Assembly: GCA_000002435.2 (NCBI GenBank)
Contig: CM018792.1
Source: Giardia intestinalis
Lineage: Eukaryota
DNA length: 64,000 bases
Direction: 5' to 3' (one strand)
Below, piece after piece: positions 38,801-48,802 of the stretch. Made by a program: the position numbers and the translations under genes. Below the pieces are notes generated by a model. That model ran no database searches. It worked only from the letters and a program-made list of their open reading frames with translations, and was not told the origin of the DNA. Numbering within the stretch: position 1 is the first letter of the stretch; each line of letters opens with the position of its first letter.

Positions 38801-39310
38801 GAGGATCTATTCTCGCACCCCATGATCAACGATGAGCTGTTCATACAAGCAGATACTCAAATATCCGCTCTCGGATACACAGAGTTGGAGCAGGAAGTAT
38901 CCCAAGAGCAGTCGTCGGACCAGGACGATGCCAAGCCAGCCCGTCTTGCCCTCACTGGAGCTCAGAAAAAAGAGCAAGCAGCAGAGCAAGTAACGATCGA
39001 ACCGTCAACTGATGCCTCTGTAGCACCTGCTCGAATCAATCTTAAGCTTAAGGAAGCCCCTGAGCAGGAGTCCAAGTCATCTTCTCCTAATATCACCTAT
39101 GATAAGCACACTTCTGAATGCCAAGCATTTTATATCCAGGAGCCTTACGCGCCATCTCCCAACCCGTACATTGATCTTAACACTATACGCCTTGTGTCAA
39201 CACTAGACTACCTTCTGGGTGAATCTGTTCCTGAGAAAAACCTAGCTTCAATGATAACAGAAGATGAGATGCGGCGGGGCCTCTCTAATGCCCTTGGATA
39301 TGGGTACTAA
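35804..39310 (+). CDS. Large hypothetical protein of 1,168 aa
   Basis: ATG confirmed. It is 72 bp from the divergent membrane-protein gene. The ORF is long and continuous with no recognisable domain. Confidence 0.6.
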   Translation: MPRPLVAADTIDSIMRLEHEETRLRLLELAKLSSDSKKLTPIDEVISTLQAIAPDELASKTSMQTLSEILSSIYATPNQDIAEMIVQHGASPKSEPTKVSTQLRRKNTSRAAELQHSLAAHSAYLQSQQHEARKPISPEQTEKKVKHLKNTVANENKDTTENQGKVRRRSRIKLELKDGATAPSVEPSIKRKHVPKKQARLETLQSVSHLAVLFNVLTKEDATAVPHVYMPNLWLGCLQSISYESFLSLEKLLSRSEFLSVFGLVLEAQSADSQIPASLVTKRTSSVLPPEQPKNDIDMRASLASLLSTSSEYRATGMVCPLSGKSRTTGQSAVSLPTPSSFQVRKDPVIHLLTQLLLATSGISLTMPSQAPDDSPTSISEFTLMKEVLEYSLYYQNAYFFEQSTLHSKQRFNNAMDWASTLVQTAKPSNNAEIQSLLSSLAPHIKPSTHDISRGELLSYIYISLSLRRWLNIQQSSSPSRPLSNLQRVIIAKLKLPNPLPAAHNLDSDSRLLFFSKRIVSQALLNLYYNSSSTVVAQQEQPYARLTKYLLPMGIPPVRLVLLDEPLCGPVFDPYEKYFLMSVHHPELQFLVAPPRYLDQPAFMQSPGISAPHLGPTRIAPRLALKIEQKSGCTNLVLDEAIDPGTCIMDVVGCYLPIEEAHRILCYLVEEGLRSGHSYSAVWNEVIRYSSHCIYLEGLRVIIDMNCCSSLSVYIQFDEPDNKQEAANCELGLCYSLDYVICRLYSTVAITSGSSIRLPLKYQWLNREVPTEITGCTADDIRRELISKHIKGCEDFITDPLDSILAIPAYDPFSGGYSLLSYPGPYLSLIKEIIAVMMSVSYREASKFTSADYLSFLEAYRIGLRSPGPGYTNTLPKSAQARVTLQRNIELAQRLVLSIMMETKNLNLFLALDRDNLLDKQLIDTDTLIPVIAQKFKDCYLYSHRCRHVANGTPPVPGSSSAVFLKQAMDNRSNAVKRIGTEYNHFLLLYRIAFAVQAMEDLFSHPMINDELFIQADTQISALGYTELEQEVSQEQSSDQDDAKPARLALTGAQKKEQAAEQVTIEPSTDASVAPARINLKLKEAPEQESKSSSPNITYDKHTSECQAFYIQEPYAPSPNPYIDLNTIRLVSTLDYLLGESVPEKNLASMITEDEMRRGLSNALGYGY

Positions 39311-39648
39311 GTTTATGAGTGAATTATTTTCTAAAGATTGATGGAATTAGTTTTTTAGTTGGGGATTAGAAAGCATGATCACGGAGCAATCTGCAGCACA
39401 CAATCAAGGGTGATGGAGACTCTGTGAAAAGCATTGACATTCTCGAGATCTCATAAAGGAATGCTATTCTAGACAGAGTAGGGTACAGCAACAGTGACTA
39501 AGTAGCCACAAATCTCTCCTTTGTCTGTAGTGTTGTACTGGGACTCTTTTTCAACTCGAATTTTAGGGACACAGATGATACAGATCGAATGATGTGCAAG
39601 TACATAGCAAGGGTTGTTATTCAAGGATAAACGAACCCGATCCTTCTG

Positions 39649-40677
39649 ATGCTTTCCTCTGATATTTTAACTGCTAATCGCTTAGAGTGTAAAATGACTG
39701 ATTCTAAAGAAACTGCTGTTACGGCCTACAACTTGGTGGTATCATGCATTGGGCTCAAGCAGCTCCCAGAGCGAGCACACTACATGGCCGTCGCCCTATC
39801 TCTTCTATATATTTTGGACTCCCGGGGGCTCAGCAGCTTCTCGAACATCTGCAAGGATCATCCACAAATCTTCACCATCCTCGTTAATTCCATTCTTGAT
39901 TCAAAGAAATCTGGTTCCTTGGCCGTGCTTGCGCTGCGAGTTCTCTTCTTTGCGATAAATTGCCCCGAAACTGCACATATATTTTGCAAAGATAACTATC
40001 ACTTCCTTGAAAACCTCATCCACTTGTCAGAGAACCCACAGACAGATCCCAACATCGCTCAAATGCAAGTGGTTACGTTTAGCCCCACTGCACTTACTAA
40101 CACCAACCCTTCAGATGGGTCCCTACTCCTGACCCTGCAGGATCCTCTGCTGTCTGCAACCTTTGTAAGTACTCGATATACTCTGGACCCAGCCAGCTGC
40201 TGGGGCTGCGATATGCTGTCCGACGCTTCAGCGGCTATCATTGCGCATCTTGCACTCGTTAGCCCTCTCGCTCGGCGAATATTTATCCTGAGCCCCTGCA
40301 ACGGGCTGCTTGCTCACAGTCTCGCAAATGCGTCGTTTCTAGAGCTAGCTTCTCCGTCACGTCTCATTCACCTCCTGGACGCATTGTTCTACATGGGTAG
40401 CATGAGTGCTTCGCAGGAAGCAGCGGTACAATTTCAGGACTTTATTTGCAAACACAATCTAAAGAACATGGCCATCAAATTGGGCAATCTGATATTTCTT
40501 AATAACATACATTGGTATCTATTGTATCAACACACGGATGTACAAGTTAAAAAGGCTGGCTCTGGGATTTATAGCCTCGAGACCCGGCAAGTCATCTATG
40601 ACTCAGATGATCTTTTTTTGTTGAAGCAACAATTAATACGCTTCCTAAGATTGCTTTTTAAAATCGCCGACTACTAA
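39649..40677 (+). CDS. Hypothetical protein of 342 aa, helical-repeat-like
   Basis: ATG confirmed. No family is recognised. Confidence 0.5.
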   Translation: MLSSDILTANRLECKMTDSKETAVTAYNLVVSCIGLKQLPERAHYMAVALSLLYILDSRGLSSFSNICKDHPQIFTILVNSILDSKKSGSLAVLALRVLFFAINCPETAHIFCKDNYHFLENLIHLSENPQTDPNIAQMQVVTFSPTALTNTNPSDGSLLLTLQDPLLSATFVSTRYTLDPASCWGCDMLSDASAAIIAHLALVSPLARRIFILSPCNGLLAHSLANASFLELASPSRLIHLLDALFYMGSMSASQEAAVQFQDFICKHNLKNMAIKLGNLIFLNNIHWYLLYQHTDVQVKKAGSGIYSLETRQVIYDSDDLFLLKQQLIRFLRLLFKIADY

Positions 40678-40745
40678 GCTTTATTACTAAGTACTAAGCT
40701 TACGAAGGATCATTGGGTTCGTATGGTTAGCAGCATTGAAAACTC

Positions 40746-41153
40746 ATGGAAAAAATGAAACGAGTGGAGGTTGACCAGCACATTGAGGTATCGTTTGCAG
40801 ATCTTTTAGCAAAGAACCCCAAGTTGGACAAGCTCACTCTCTTTTCCTCTCTACAGGACCTAATCGCAGATTGTAACGAGAAGGTGGAGAAAAACTCTAT
40901 AACCGTTCGGCTTCTTGAAGACGAAGATGTATATGACATGAAAGATTTTAGCACGATTGCCGCCCTCAAACGGCATCGTCCTCCCGAAGAGCGCTGCCTC
41001 CACACGCGGGTCATGACGAAAGCAGGCATGCTTCGAGTTTCACTGGATGATGATTGTGCAACTCCGGCAGTCCAATCCATAATTATGGGCGAGATCCGGC
41101 GTCATCTTGACGAGTGTCTCGATGCTCTCACTGGCAAGGATACTAGCAAATAG
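40746..41153 (+). CDS. Hypothetical small acidic protein of 135 aa
   Basis: ATG confirmed. It lies 68 bp downstream of the previous gene. No family is recognised. Confidence 0.4.
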   Translation: MEKMKRVEVDQHIEVSFADLLAKNPKLDKLTLFSSLQDLIADCNEKVEKNSITVRLLEDEDVYDMKDFSTIAALKRHRPPEERCLHTRVMTKAGMLRVSLDDDCATPAVQSIIMGEIRRHLDECLDALTGKDTSK

Positions 41154-41197
41154 CCAACCAATTTACACCTCTAGATAGCTCTAAACAGCCGGACAAC

Positions 41198-41491
41198 TCA
41201 CATGTAGCGTGTACTATTTGCATCCATAGAGACTATTTGGTAGAAGGCAATAGAAAATAGAGTCAGTATGAGCATGACCATTGCTATAAATGGGACATTA
41301 TTCGGACTGTCCAGGCGTCGACGCTCTGCATTGCGGGCCATAGAGAGTAGGACTTCGTGATCATTGGACTCGACCTGCCGTGTGGCCTTCGTGAGAACGT
41401 CTATCGATATTTGCTTGGCAGCATCATCAAATGCGCTAATGTACTGGACGGACCCGTCCTTCACTGGCTCAGCGTGGCCATCCTTGGGCAT
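41198..41491 (-). CDS. Small tail-anchored membrane protein of 97 aa
   Basis: ATG confirmed at 41489-41491. The N-terminus is hydrophilic. A single C-terminal TM helix (VPFIAMVMLILTLFSIAFYQIV) is followed by a short luminal tail. Confidence 0.45.
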   Translation of the reverse strand: MPKDGHAEPVKDGSVQYISAFDDAAKQISIDVLTKATRQVESNDHEVLLSMARNAERRRLDSPNNVPFIAMVMLILTLFSIAFYQIVSMDANSTRYM

Positions 41492-41508
41492 GGAATTTTG
41501 CTTTGAAT

Positions 41509-42966
41509 TTAGTTTACTTGGCTACTGAGAAAGGGTATAGACCTCTTATCAAGATCGAACGCAGAGACAGACGGCCGAGACGACACTGTTGCCTCATGAG
41601 GTTGCCTAGACTGGACTGGCTTAGAGATTGGCGGCAACTCGTCCTCTTCATCCGAGAAAACCGAAGAAAACGATGCGGATCGGGAATGCCCATCTGTTCT
41701 GCGCCCATACATTTGTTCGTGACTGTCTATGTCCAGAGAAGCATTGGTTTTGGTAGATGTCGTAGATACATTCTGTAACTGAAAGTGAGACTGTGCTGCA
41801 GTCGCATGGCTATGTGTATACCGGAGTGTTTTAGTTATTGATGGCAGCGCTTCTGGAAGCTCAAAACTAAGTTCGGACATGTATGGATTTTGAACGCCCT
41901 CTGTGAGATCAAAGAAGTCTCCATCCTCCTTTAATCTTTGTCTTCTGTCTCTGTTCAGTCGCTGACGCTTATCTGCATGATCCCCAATTCTCTGTCTATA
42001 AGATTTTGCCACCACTTCTTGATACTTGTTGACTACCGGCACATTTAGCGGACTTTTACTCGTACTACTACTTCTTGCTGCCAAGGAGACAATGCTCGAC
42101 CTTGACCTAATTCCTGATAATCCCAATTCTTCTCTCCGCTCTACAGTTCGCTTCTTTTCAGCCATTTGTGTGTAGTAGTTTGTTATTTCAGCCCGATTTA
42201 CATGCTCATGAGGAGCATATTGAATGGGCAAGCGTACTGTATTTCCCTGAGACCGTCCGACAGAGCTGGGAGTCATTGATCGCTGAGACCTTCCAGACCT
42301 GCTATCAGAGATGAGACGCTGTCCGGGCCGTGGCTCAAGCCGCATCTCACCATTTCTACTGTCATCCCAAGAAGAATGCTGTGTAGCCTTCCATGCTCCT
42401 GAGCTGGAGGATCTTTGCATGGCGTGATTCGCCCCTCGCTCCGACTCGCTGCTTCTCCTTGATGTGCTAGACGTATTGAACTGATTCCGTTTATTGGTTT
42501 CGCAAAGAACTGTAAGGGTCTCTAAATATGATTTATCGACAGCGATAGAAGCATTTGGAGCTCGTTTAACGTTGAATATTTGACCGTGTGTTACCAGTCG
42601 GTAGGCCTCTGCGAGAAGCTCCATTGGCTCAGCATGGTTCCTTAATCCTTCAGTGATCGCATCAATTGCCGCGTTTCTGCGAAATATAGCCATTTCAAAC
42701 TCAGCCCTGAAGACCCATGCTTCAGCGCATCGCCTAATCTGTGGGTGTTTGTCTGCAAAGTCATTAAGGATAGTGGACGCATAAATAAACCGAGCATCTA
42801 CCATAGCCGCTTGCAAAGCTGCTTGGCACTTTGTTGCGAAGTCGCGCTTTGAGAACTGTAAATCAATGATTGTTTCGAGGTAGAAAGTCCTCGGAGGCCG
42901 CAGAATACTCAACCGAGGGCCTACTATCTTTAGGGTCTCTGCGGCAGAGCCCAGTTTCTCTGGCAT
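41509..42966 (-). CDS. Hypothetical protein of about 485 aa with a Ser/Arg-rich middle region
   Basis: The track start at 42972 is TTG, and the ATG is at 42964-42966. It lies 17 bp upstream of the tail-anchored gene on the same strand. Confidence 0.5.
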   Translation of the reverse strand: MPEKLGSAAETLKIVGPRLSILRPPRTFYLETIIDLQFSKRDFATKCQAALQAAMVDARFIYASTILNDFADKHPQIRRCAEAWVFRAEFEMAIFRRNAAIDAITEGLRNHAEPMELLAEAYRLVTHGQIFNVKRAPNASIAVDKSYLETLTVLCETNKRNQFNTSSTSRRSSESERGANHAMQRSSSSGAWKATQHSSWDDSRNGEMRLEPRPGQRLISDSRSGRSQRSMTPSSVGRSQGNTVRLPIQYAPHEHVNRAEITNYYTQMAEKKRTVERREELGLSGIRSRSSIVSLAARSSSTSKSPLNVPVVNKYQEVVAKSYRQRIGDHADKRQRLNRDRRQRLKEDGDFFDLTEGVQNPYMSELSFELPEALPSITKTLRYTHSHATAAQSHFQLQNVSTTSTKTNASLDIDSHEQMYGRRTDGHSRSASFSSVFSDEEDELPPISKPVQSRQPHEATVSSRPSVSAFDLDKRSIPFLSSQVN

Positions 42967-43349
42967 AAACAAAAAACCGATTATTTACGGAGAATGAACA
43001 AACTAATTTATTTTAGTCACAGAGGAACATAGGAGCCATGCGACGGTAACATACGTACCTGAGTAGGTTCGCATCCTTTTCATCAGCAGTGTGCTAGAAA
43101 TAAAACTGAGCATGGAGAAACCACAGATGTGTGATGCGGAGATAAACACGCCAATCTACAAGGAGGGATGTGAAACAGGACCAGCTACGGATGGAAACCC
43201 CAGTGAAGCTGCACTCAAGCTGAAGACCAGTCTTATTGAGGCTGAAAGGCTTCTTCAAGCAATTAAGATGGACTTCAGGAATCTTCAGATACTCGCGAAC
43301 GATGAGTGTGCGTCGGCATGAAGCAGAACACGCGCAGTTTTGCGATAGG

Positions 43350-45692
43350 CTAGTTCCAGTGCAAGCGACTAGTAAATTGCTCTCCTTCCACATAAAATTC
43401 GCTGGGCGAGCTTGTGCAGATGACGTCCCTCTGTGCCAATTGTTGATTGGTAAATATAACTATTAGAATTGCCAGGCAGCGACCCATAAGGGTGCTATAT
43501 GAGCAGTGGAGAACAACCGCGCTCAGTGACTCTGTGGAGACACCGTCAACGGGTCGCAGTTTCAAAATATGCCCATAGGGATAGTTGTGCAATACTGTGA
43601 GAGAGATGATCTTTGTATAACGTGTTGCTAGGCAGAGCACAGACTCTAGCTCAAGTGAGCGAGCTGGCAAGCTCTCTACGAAGCTCTCTAACCGTGCAAT
43701 TGTTGCAGAGACATCAATCTCATTGAGGTTATCCTTCGCAGCCCCCATATGCGACCCAAGGTTGGATTGGCTTAGCTTGATTGCAGGTGTGGTGATCCAT
43801 TGCATAAAGGCATCCTTGACCTGCTTGACTTTGGCCCTTCGCAGTGGATAGCACTGATCGTAGAGCTCCTTGCAAACTTCCTCAAGCACAAGGTCAAAGC
43901 ATGTTGCTACAGGAGAACTGAGATAGGCATTTGTGAGCTCAGTAGAACCAACAATCTGCGACACATACCAGAGAACAGACCTAGAGCTATAAGAGTGAGC
44001 CCGCTTGGTCCTGGGCCGCCTCGCCCAGGCACCAAAAGCATCGAGAACATGAGACAGATTATAGTAGAGCGTCGACGGAGCAAGTGTAGTGGGAATGCAC
44101 GGGGCTTGCGTGAGGTTAGAAACCGTTATTAGAAGCTCTTTCTCCCCCAAGATGGGGATACCATCGCGTACCAGACCAAGAAGGAAAGGCTGGGCTTCAT
44201 CTTTTGAAACCGCAAACGACAGAGAAGCAAACTGAGAGGTACTTAGAATAGGTTGGAAGATGATTGAGGTTTGTCCAGAAGAAGCAGCACTTGCTGGGGG
44301 CGGTGTAACAAACTCAAGACTGGTCAATGGCATTATGTCAACGTGCGTTGGTCTAGACAAGGGTTTTGGAGCTTCAGTTAACGGAGACTCATGTGCAAGT
44401 TCAATGGGTTTAGAATCGCATTGTGTTGCAACGCAATCAATACTGTCATCATGTATAACCTCTCCCTCGTCCAGTGGCACCTGGTAATGACCCAATAGGG
44501 CCGTTAGGTCTTTCCGGGCATCACTGGAAAGGACTTGCATGACTCGCAGTTTCCGTAAAGAATCATTAGACAAATATGTCTCCATTTCTTTCGTTAGTTG
44601 TGTCAGGGTCTGGTCATCAAAAAGCTCTAAAGAAGCACTTTGTATTTTATAACGCAACGCATTGCGAGAGCCCCGACTCCACTCCGGGGGTTCTCCTAAG
44701 GGTGCTAGGGTGAGCCTCGTAATTCTGAATGCACGAAGAATCGTAGAGTTGGTAAAATTATTATGAAGTAAATCGTTAGTAAAGTAATTAGACGGAAGCA
44801 TGGAGGTGGTACCTGTGCAAGATACTGCTGAGCAATTAGGGTAGCAGGTGTGAAAGCGAGCCTCAGGGGTTAGATCCTTTGCCGCCCGCAGACTAGAATA
44901 CTCTGTATGCCCCCACACTCTCCTGGAAATAGCATTGCAAATACGCTTAATGCCAGCATCCACGTCATAGCACATTCCAGATTTGAAGTCTCGCTGCCGA
45001 GCAAGGATTGTCATATGAACCAGGTCGGGTAATGACTGCATAACGGGAAACCGTCGACGAATCAGTTCCTCGTCCAGCATATTGTATGATACCAGATACC
45101 TGTGCTCATTAGCATTGCCTCCGTTATCACCTATATAGGATAGAAATGCAGGCACAAACCCTCCTAAAAGTAGAGGAGCCGCCGAATTCTGTTCTCGCAA
45201 GTGGATCAGCTCCTCGATGATGGAGGGTGAGCCCAGTGCACCATTAGTTGAGTCCGCGCTTGTATGGATGATTGCATATCTCTGCTGCAAATTGCAATAG
45301 CAGACGGCCCCTGACAGAAGGGTACGCTCTACATAACGAAGTTGCTTCTGGTTGGAGTGGACAGGCATGCGCACTCCGTTGCGTATCCTGATAGAAAAGC
45401 GCTTGGCAAAGAAGACACGCAACCGAGGGAGTGACCGACGCCGCCGGGCTTTACGAGAAAGCTTTGGTGGTGGTGCTAGCTTATCGCGCTTGGCAAGAGT
45501 TTTGAATACTCGTGGAAGGCACCTGACCGACCAGCTCATGAGCCTTCGGCGCCGGTGTCGCGGGAGAAGCTGATATGTCCGGAACGTCTTATGACGTCCC
45601 GCAGCATCCAAAAGGGCCTTTATAGCATTCATCTGCTCCTTGAGCAGGGACTCGCCGTTGAGTGAAGCCAGCTTCGATGGAGGACTCGCCAT
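43350..45692 (-). CDS. POP1: RNase P/MRP protein subunit POP1
   Basis: The track start at 45698 is TTG, and the ATG is at 45690-45692. The N-terminal segment YQLLPRHRRRRLMSWSVRCLPRVF matches the conserved POP1 N-terminal motif (human [23 protein letters not shown]). Confidence 0.7.
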   Translation of the reverse strand: MASPPSKLASLNGESLLKEQMNAIKALLDAAGRHKTFRTYQLLPRHRRRRLMSWSVRCLPRVFKTLAKRDKLAPPPKLSRKARRRRSLPRLRVFFAKRFSIRIRNGVRMPVHSNQKQLRYVERTLLSGAVCYCNLQQRYAIIHTSADSTNGALGSPSIIEELIHLREQNSAAPLLLGGFVPAFLSYIGDNGGNANEHRYLVSYNMLDEELIRRRFPVMQSLPDLVHMTILARQRDFKSGMCYDVDAGIKRICNAISRRVWGHTEYSSLRAAKDLTPEARFHTCYPNCSAVSCTGTTSMLPSNYFTNDLLHNNFTNSTILRAFRITRLTLAPLGEPPEWSRGSRNALRYKIQSASLELFDDQTLTQLTKEMETYLSNDSLRKLRVMQVLSSDARKDLTALLGHYQVPLDEGEVIHDDSIDCVATQCDSKPIELAHESPLTEAPKPLSRPTHVDIMPLTSLEFVTPPPASAASSGQTSIIFQPILSTSQFASLSFAVSKDEAQPFLLGLVRDGIPILGEKELLITVSNLTQAPCIPTTLAPSTLYYNLSHVLDAFGAWARRPRTKRAHSYSSRSVLWYVSQIVGSTELTNAYLSSPVATCFDLVLEEVCKELYDQCYPLRRAKVKQVKDAFMQWITTPAIKLSQSNLGSHMGAAKDNLNEIDVSATIARLESFVESLPARSLELESVLCLATRYTKIISLTVLHNYPYGHILKLRPVDGVSTESLSAVVLHCSYSTLMGRCLAILIVIFTNQQLAQRDVICTSSPSEFYVEGEQFTSRLHWN

Positions 45693-45789
45693 CCACAAAG
45701 TATAATCAAGCGGCTGGTCTTCCTTTTTGCTGAATCATGAATTCATACTCAAAAAGTCGCGTAATTCGTCGTTGCAAGCAAAGGCGACG

Positions 45790-48750
45790 ATGGCTAGCAG
45801 CTACCAGCGGCCTAACCAGCCATTCAATGGGGTAACTGTCACGCAAGAAGGACAGGAAGCGACAGTCATAGTGATATTGCCAAAATTGACTGAAAAGGGT
45901 ATCAATAACATGGCACAGCACTTGCGATGGTTAAGCAAGCTTGCGCACACGCACATCTCGCCCTTGATATCACACACTTATTCCAAAGAAAGCTCATGTC
46001 TTTCTCTCAAATACTTTGTTGGAGACGCGGTGCAACTATCCCAAATCATGGCCCGCTCTGCAGAGAAGAGCTCTGGAAAAGCACATATCACAGAGACAAC
46101 CATAATAGGCTTGTTATTGCATGCTGCGGCAGCGCTGGGATTTGTCTGCAATCCGATTCGCTCTCAGCTGATGAATATTCCTCCACAGCATCACTCCTTT
46201 CTCTCTCCAGACTTCATCTTCATTAATGAACACACGAGAATGGCTTCCATCGTCGCAGTAGGAATCTATTGGAATCTTCTGCAGCCAGAGGATTCTAGAG
46301 ACATGATGCCCACCATTTCTTATAGTCGCGAGAAAGAAGATGTTCTGGTGTTAGGGAAGCTGATTAATAACATCATCATGCAATCAACTGGGTCCTACTC
46401 TGGGCTACTAAAGCGGATTGTCAATCTTATGCTCAATGAAGATCCGCAATCTCGACCGAACTTTGCTGATCTATATATTTTTCTCTCATCACTAGTAGAA
46501 CTACAACAAAATCCTCAATATAAGCCTAAGGGTTCTACGGCACCACCAGATGAACTGCAACCTCCTCGAGCTATGCGGCGTGCAAGTACCCAAATACCAG
46601 ACTATCAGCGCTCTCCGTCACCGACGTATGAGAGATATACATCAACTATGCACCGATCTATAGAGGTACCCAAGACTTCTCGTTGTGTCCAAAGTCCCAC
46701 AGAACAATTCAGTCACACAGCACCCATCAAGCGACCAGTATCTGTCCTGCAGCAGGTAATAAAGACTAGGAGCCAGTCAAGGACTATGCAACCCATCTTC
46801 CCACAGTCTTCTCCAAGTCTGCAAACACAACAAGCAGGCAATCCAGTTAGTAAGAACATGAAGGTTACTAGAAAATGCAATCCGCTCTTCGAAGCAGTGG
46901 AGTCTAATGACATTGGCGAAGTGCGCCGTTTGAAAGAGCTGTTTGCACGGGGAACAGATGCTTCGGGGAATACTGCACTCATAAGGGCCTTACAACTTCG
47001 TAATACAGACATTGCCATGGAGCTCCTTCCCTTAGAATATCAGAAACGGAACAGCAAGGGCCAGCTGCCTCTAATGGTTTCTTTAATAGAGAAGATGGAT
47101 GCAGTTGCCGTCGAGCTACTCCTTAATTACGATGAGTTCTATGGCACAACAGACGATAAGGGGAACACAGCATTGATGTATGCAGTCATGAGCCACTTTA
47201 AAAAGGCGGTAGAGGTCCTTGCAGTACACGAGCACAGCATTCCAAACAAAGAAGGAACATATCCTATACACGTTGCCATAAAGCATGGATTTATTGATCT
47301 AGCGCTATATCTCTTAGAATATAATAGTGATGTACTAGATAGAGAATACAGGACCCTTTCTGAATACTGTGATCTTTACAATTGTCCACTAGTGAAAGAT
47401 AGACTTCTAACCATTAGCAAGCGAGCATCTAGCGCACCTTCTGATTACACAGCCTTAATGGTGGCTGCTGGCTTGAACGATATTGACGATCTATACAGGT
47501 ATCTTCCCTCGCATGTAGGTATGCGGCATGCATCTGGGGAAACAGCGCTTATGGTGGCCATCCGAAAGAACCAGGTGGATGCCATGCGAGTACTCCTTCC
47601 ATATGAGTTTCACCTTCCGGACAAAACCGGCCACTTCTTCATGTACCAAGCAGGGTTAACAGGCTCGCGGCAGCTTATCAAGTGTGCACTGGACTCTTTG
47701 TTCACTGATGCCATGCTTATGTGTTTGCAGTTTGATGACAATCTAAGTGAGATTGCGATAGAGCTACGAGCCATGATAGAGGAGGCCTTGGTTTCCAACG
47801 ACCAGGATCTCTTACGAAATTGCATTCAAGATCTTGATAGCATAATTAGTCACCAAGTAGAAACCGGAGCCATAGTCACGTACTATGACGATCTTTGGGT
47901 CGGTCCATCCACCCCACTATTGATTCCAGACTCTGCAGTGCATCTGGGAGAAGCAGATTTGGACATCAACGCCTTGAATGTATCGAATTCAGGTGTATAT
48001 GCAGAGGCATCGACCAGTTCACAGCTAACTGAGCAAGTCATTACAAGTAGGTTAAGGCTCTCCAAACCTTCGTATGCGTCTAACGTTTTTAAGGACGCGA
48101 AGAGTGTCACTTCATCTAAGCCAAGTAGGCTAGGTCGTCGCTCCTCGAGCAGCCTTGCACTATCGTCTACTGTCCAGGTCAATGACGTTTCTAAACCAGC
48201 TAGTAAGGTCTCTACTGTGATCAACGGGGATTCGCATGATCCCTCGTCCTCGACTGGTTTGTCAGCAGAAAGAAAGAAAGCTAAAACACTACTAACAGCA
48301 AGTACGGTTGGATTTAAGGATCTCTCCGAGAGTCTCCAGTCATCTTCAGCAACCCTTTTTTCCACAGACATAAATGAATACGGTAACACCCCGTTGACAT
48401 GCTCTGTGTTGAACAGCGATGTTGACTCCGTAAAAAGTTTCGCCAAAAGGTATGCATGCTCTCTCAATAACAAAGGTGAGACCGCACTCCACACGGCTCT
48501 TCAGTTACCCAACAATTCTACTACCGTAGAAATGGTGCGCATATTGGCACCACTAGAATGGAATGTTTCTTCATCAAATGGCACATATCCCATCGAATTG
48601 GCCGCCATCAGGATGCTCCGTGAGGCATTTCTCATATTAGTAGAGCACGACTCCCGCTACTCGGCTGAATCAGTCAAGGCCATCAAAAAAGCAATAGATG
48701 AAGGTGACACAAAGACTGTGAAAAGCCTTGTCTGGTCTAAGCAGATGTAG
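45790..48750 (+). CDS. NEK-like pseudokinase domain fused to ankyrin repeats
   Basis: The track start at 45727 is TTG, and the first ATG is at 45790. The N-terminal ~270 aa retain a kinase-fold outline (VIVILPK, HISPLISHTY, YFVGDA, LLHAAAALGFV, ...NEDPQSRPNFADL) but lack HRD and DFG. They are followed by ankyrin repeats (GNTALIRALQL, GNTALMYAVMSH, YTALMVAAGL, ETALMVAIRK). Confidence 0.7.
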   Translation: MASSYQRPNQPFNGVTVTQEGQEATVIVILPKLTEKGINNMAQHLRWLSKLAHTHISPLISHTYSKESSCLSLKYFVGDAVQLSQIMARSAEKSSGKAHITETTIIGLLLHAAAALGFVCNPIRSQLMNIPPQHHSFLSPDFIFINEHTRMASIVAVGIYWNLLQPEDSRDMMPTISYSREKEDVLVLGKLINNIIMQSTGSYSGLLKRIVNLMLNEDPQSRPNFADLYIFLSSLVELQQNPQYKPKGSTAPPDELQPPRAMRRASTQIPDYQRSPSPTYERYTSTMHRSIEVPKTSRCVQSPTEQFSHTAPIKRPVSVLQQVIKTRSQSRTMQPIFPQSSPSLQTQQAGNPVSKNMKVTRKCNPLFEAVESNDIGEVRRLKELFARGTDASGNTALIRALQLRNTDIAMELLPLEYQKRNSKGQLPLMVSLIEKMDAVAVELLLNYDEFYGTTDDKGNTALMYAVMSHFKKAVEVLAVHEHSIPNKEGTYPIHVAIKHGFIDLALYLLEYNSDVLDREYRTLSEYCDLYNCPLVKDRLLTISKRASSAPSDYTALMVAAGLNDIDDLYRYLPSHVGMRHASGETALMVAIRKNQVDAMRVLLPYEFHLPDKTGHFFMYQAGLTGSRQLIKCALDSLFTDAMLMCLQFDDNLSEIAIELRAMIEEALVSNDQDLLRNCIQDLDSIISHQVETGAIVTYYDDLWVGPSTPLLIPDSAVHLGEADLDINALNVSNSGVYAEASTSSQLTEQVITSRLRLSKPSYASNVFKDAKSVTSSKPSRLGRRSSSSLALSSTVQVNDVSKPASKVSTVINGDSHDPSSSTGLSAERKKAKTLLTASTVGFKDLSESLQSSSATLFSTDINEYGNTPLTCSVLNSDVDSVKSFAKRYACSLNNKGETALHTALQLPNNSTTVEMVRILAPLEWNVSSSNGTYPIELAAIRMLREAFLILVEHDSRYSAESVKAIKKAIDEGDTKTVKSLVWSKQM

Positions 48751-48802
48751 GCTTGTGTACCGTATGAATCCCGGACCATAATTTCAAAAATTCGGAAAAT
48801 AC

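Noticed and set aside
40670-40705. Short repeated motif tactaagctt just after the stop of gene 39649-40677, as a regulatory or branch-point element
   Set aside because: It occurs only twice and is imperfect. It does not match the AGTRAAY poly(A) signal or the ACTAAC branch consensus closely enough.
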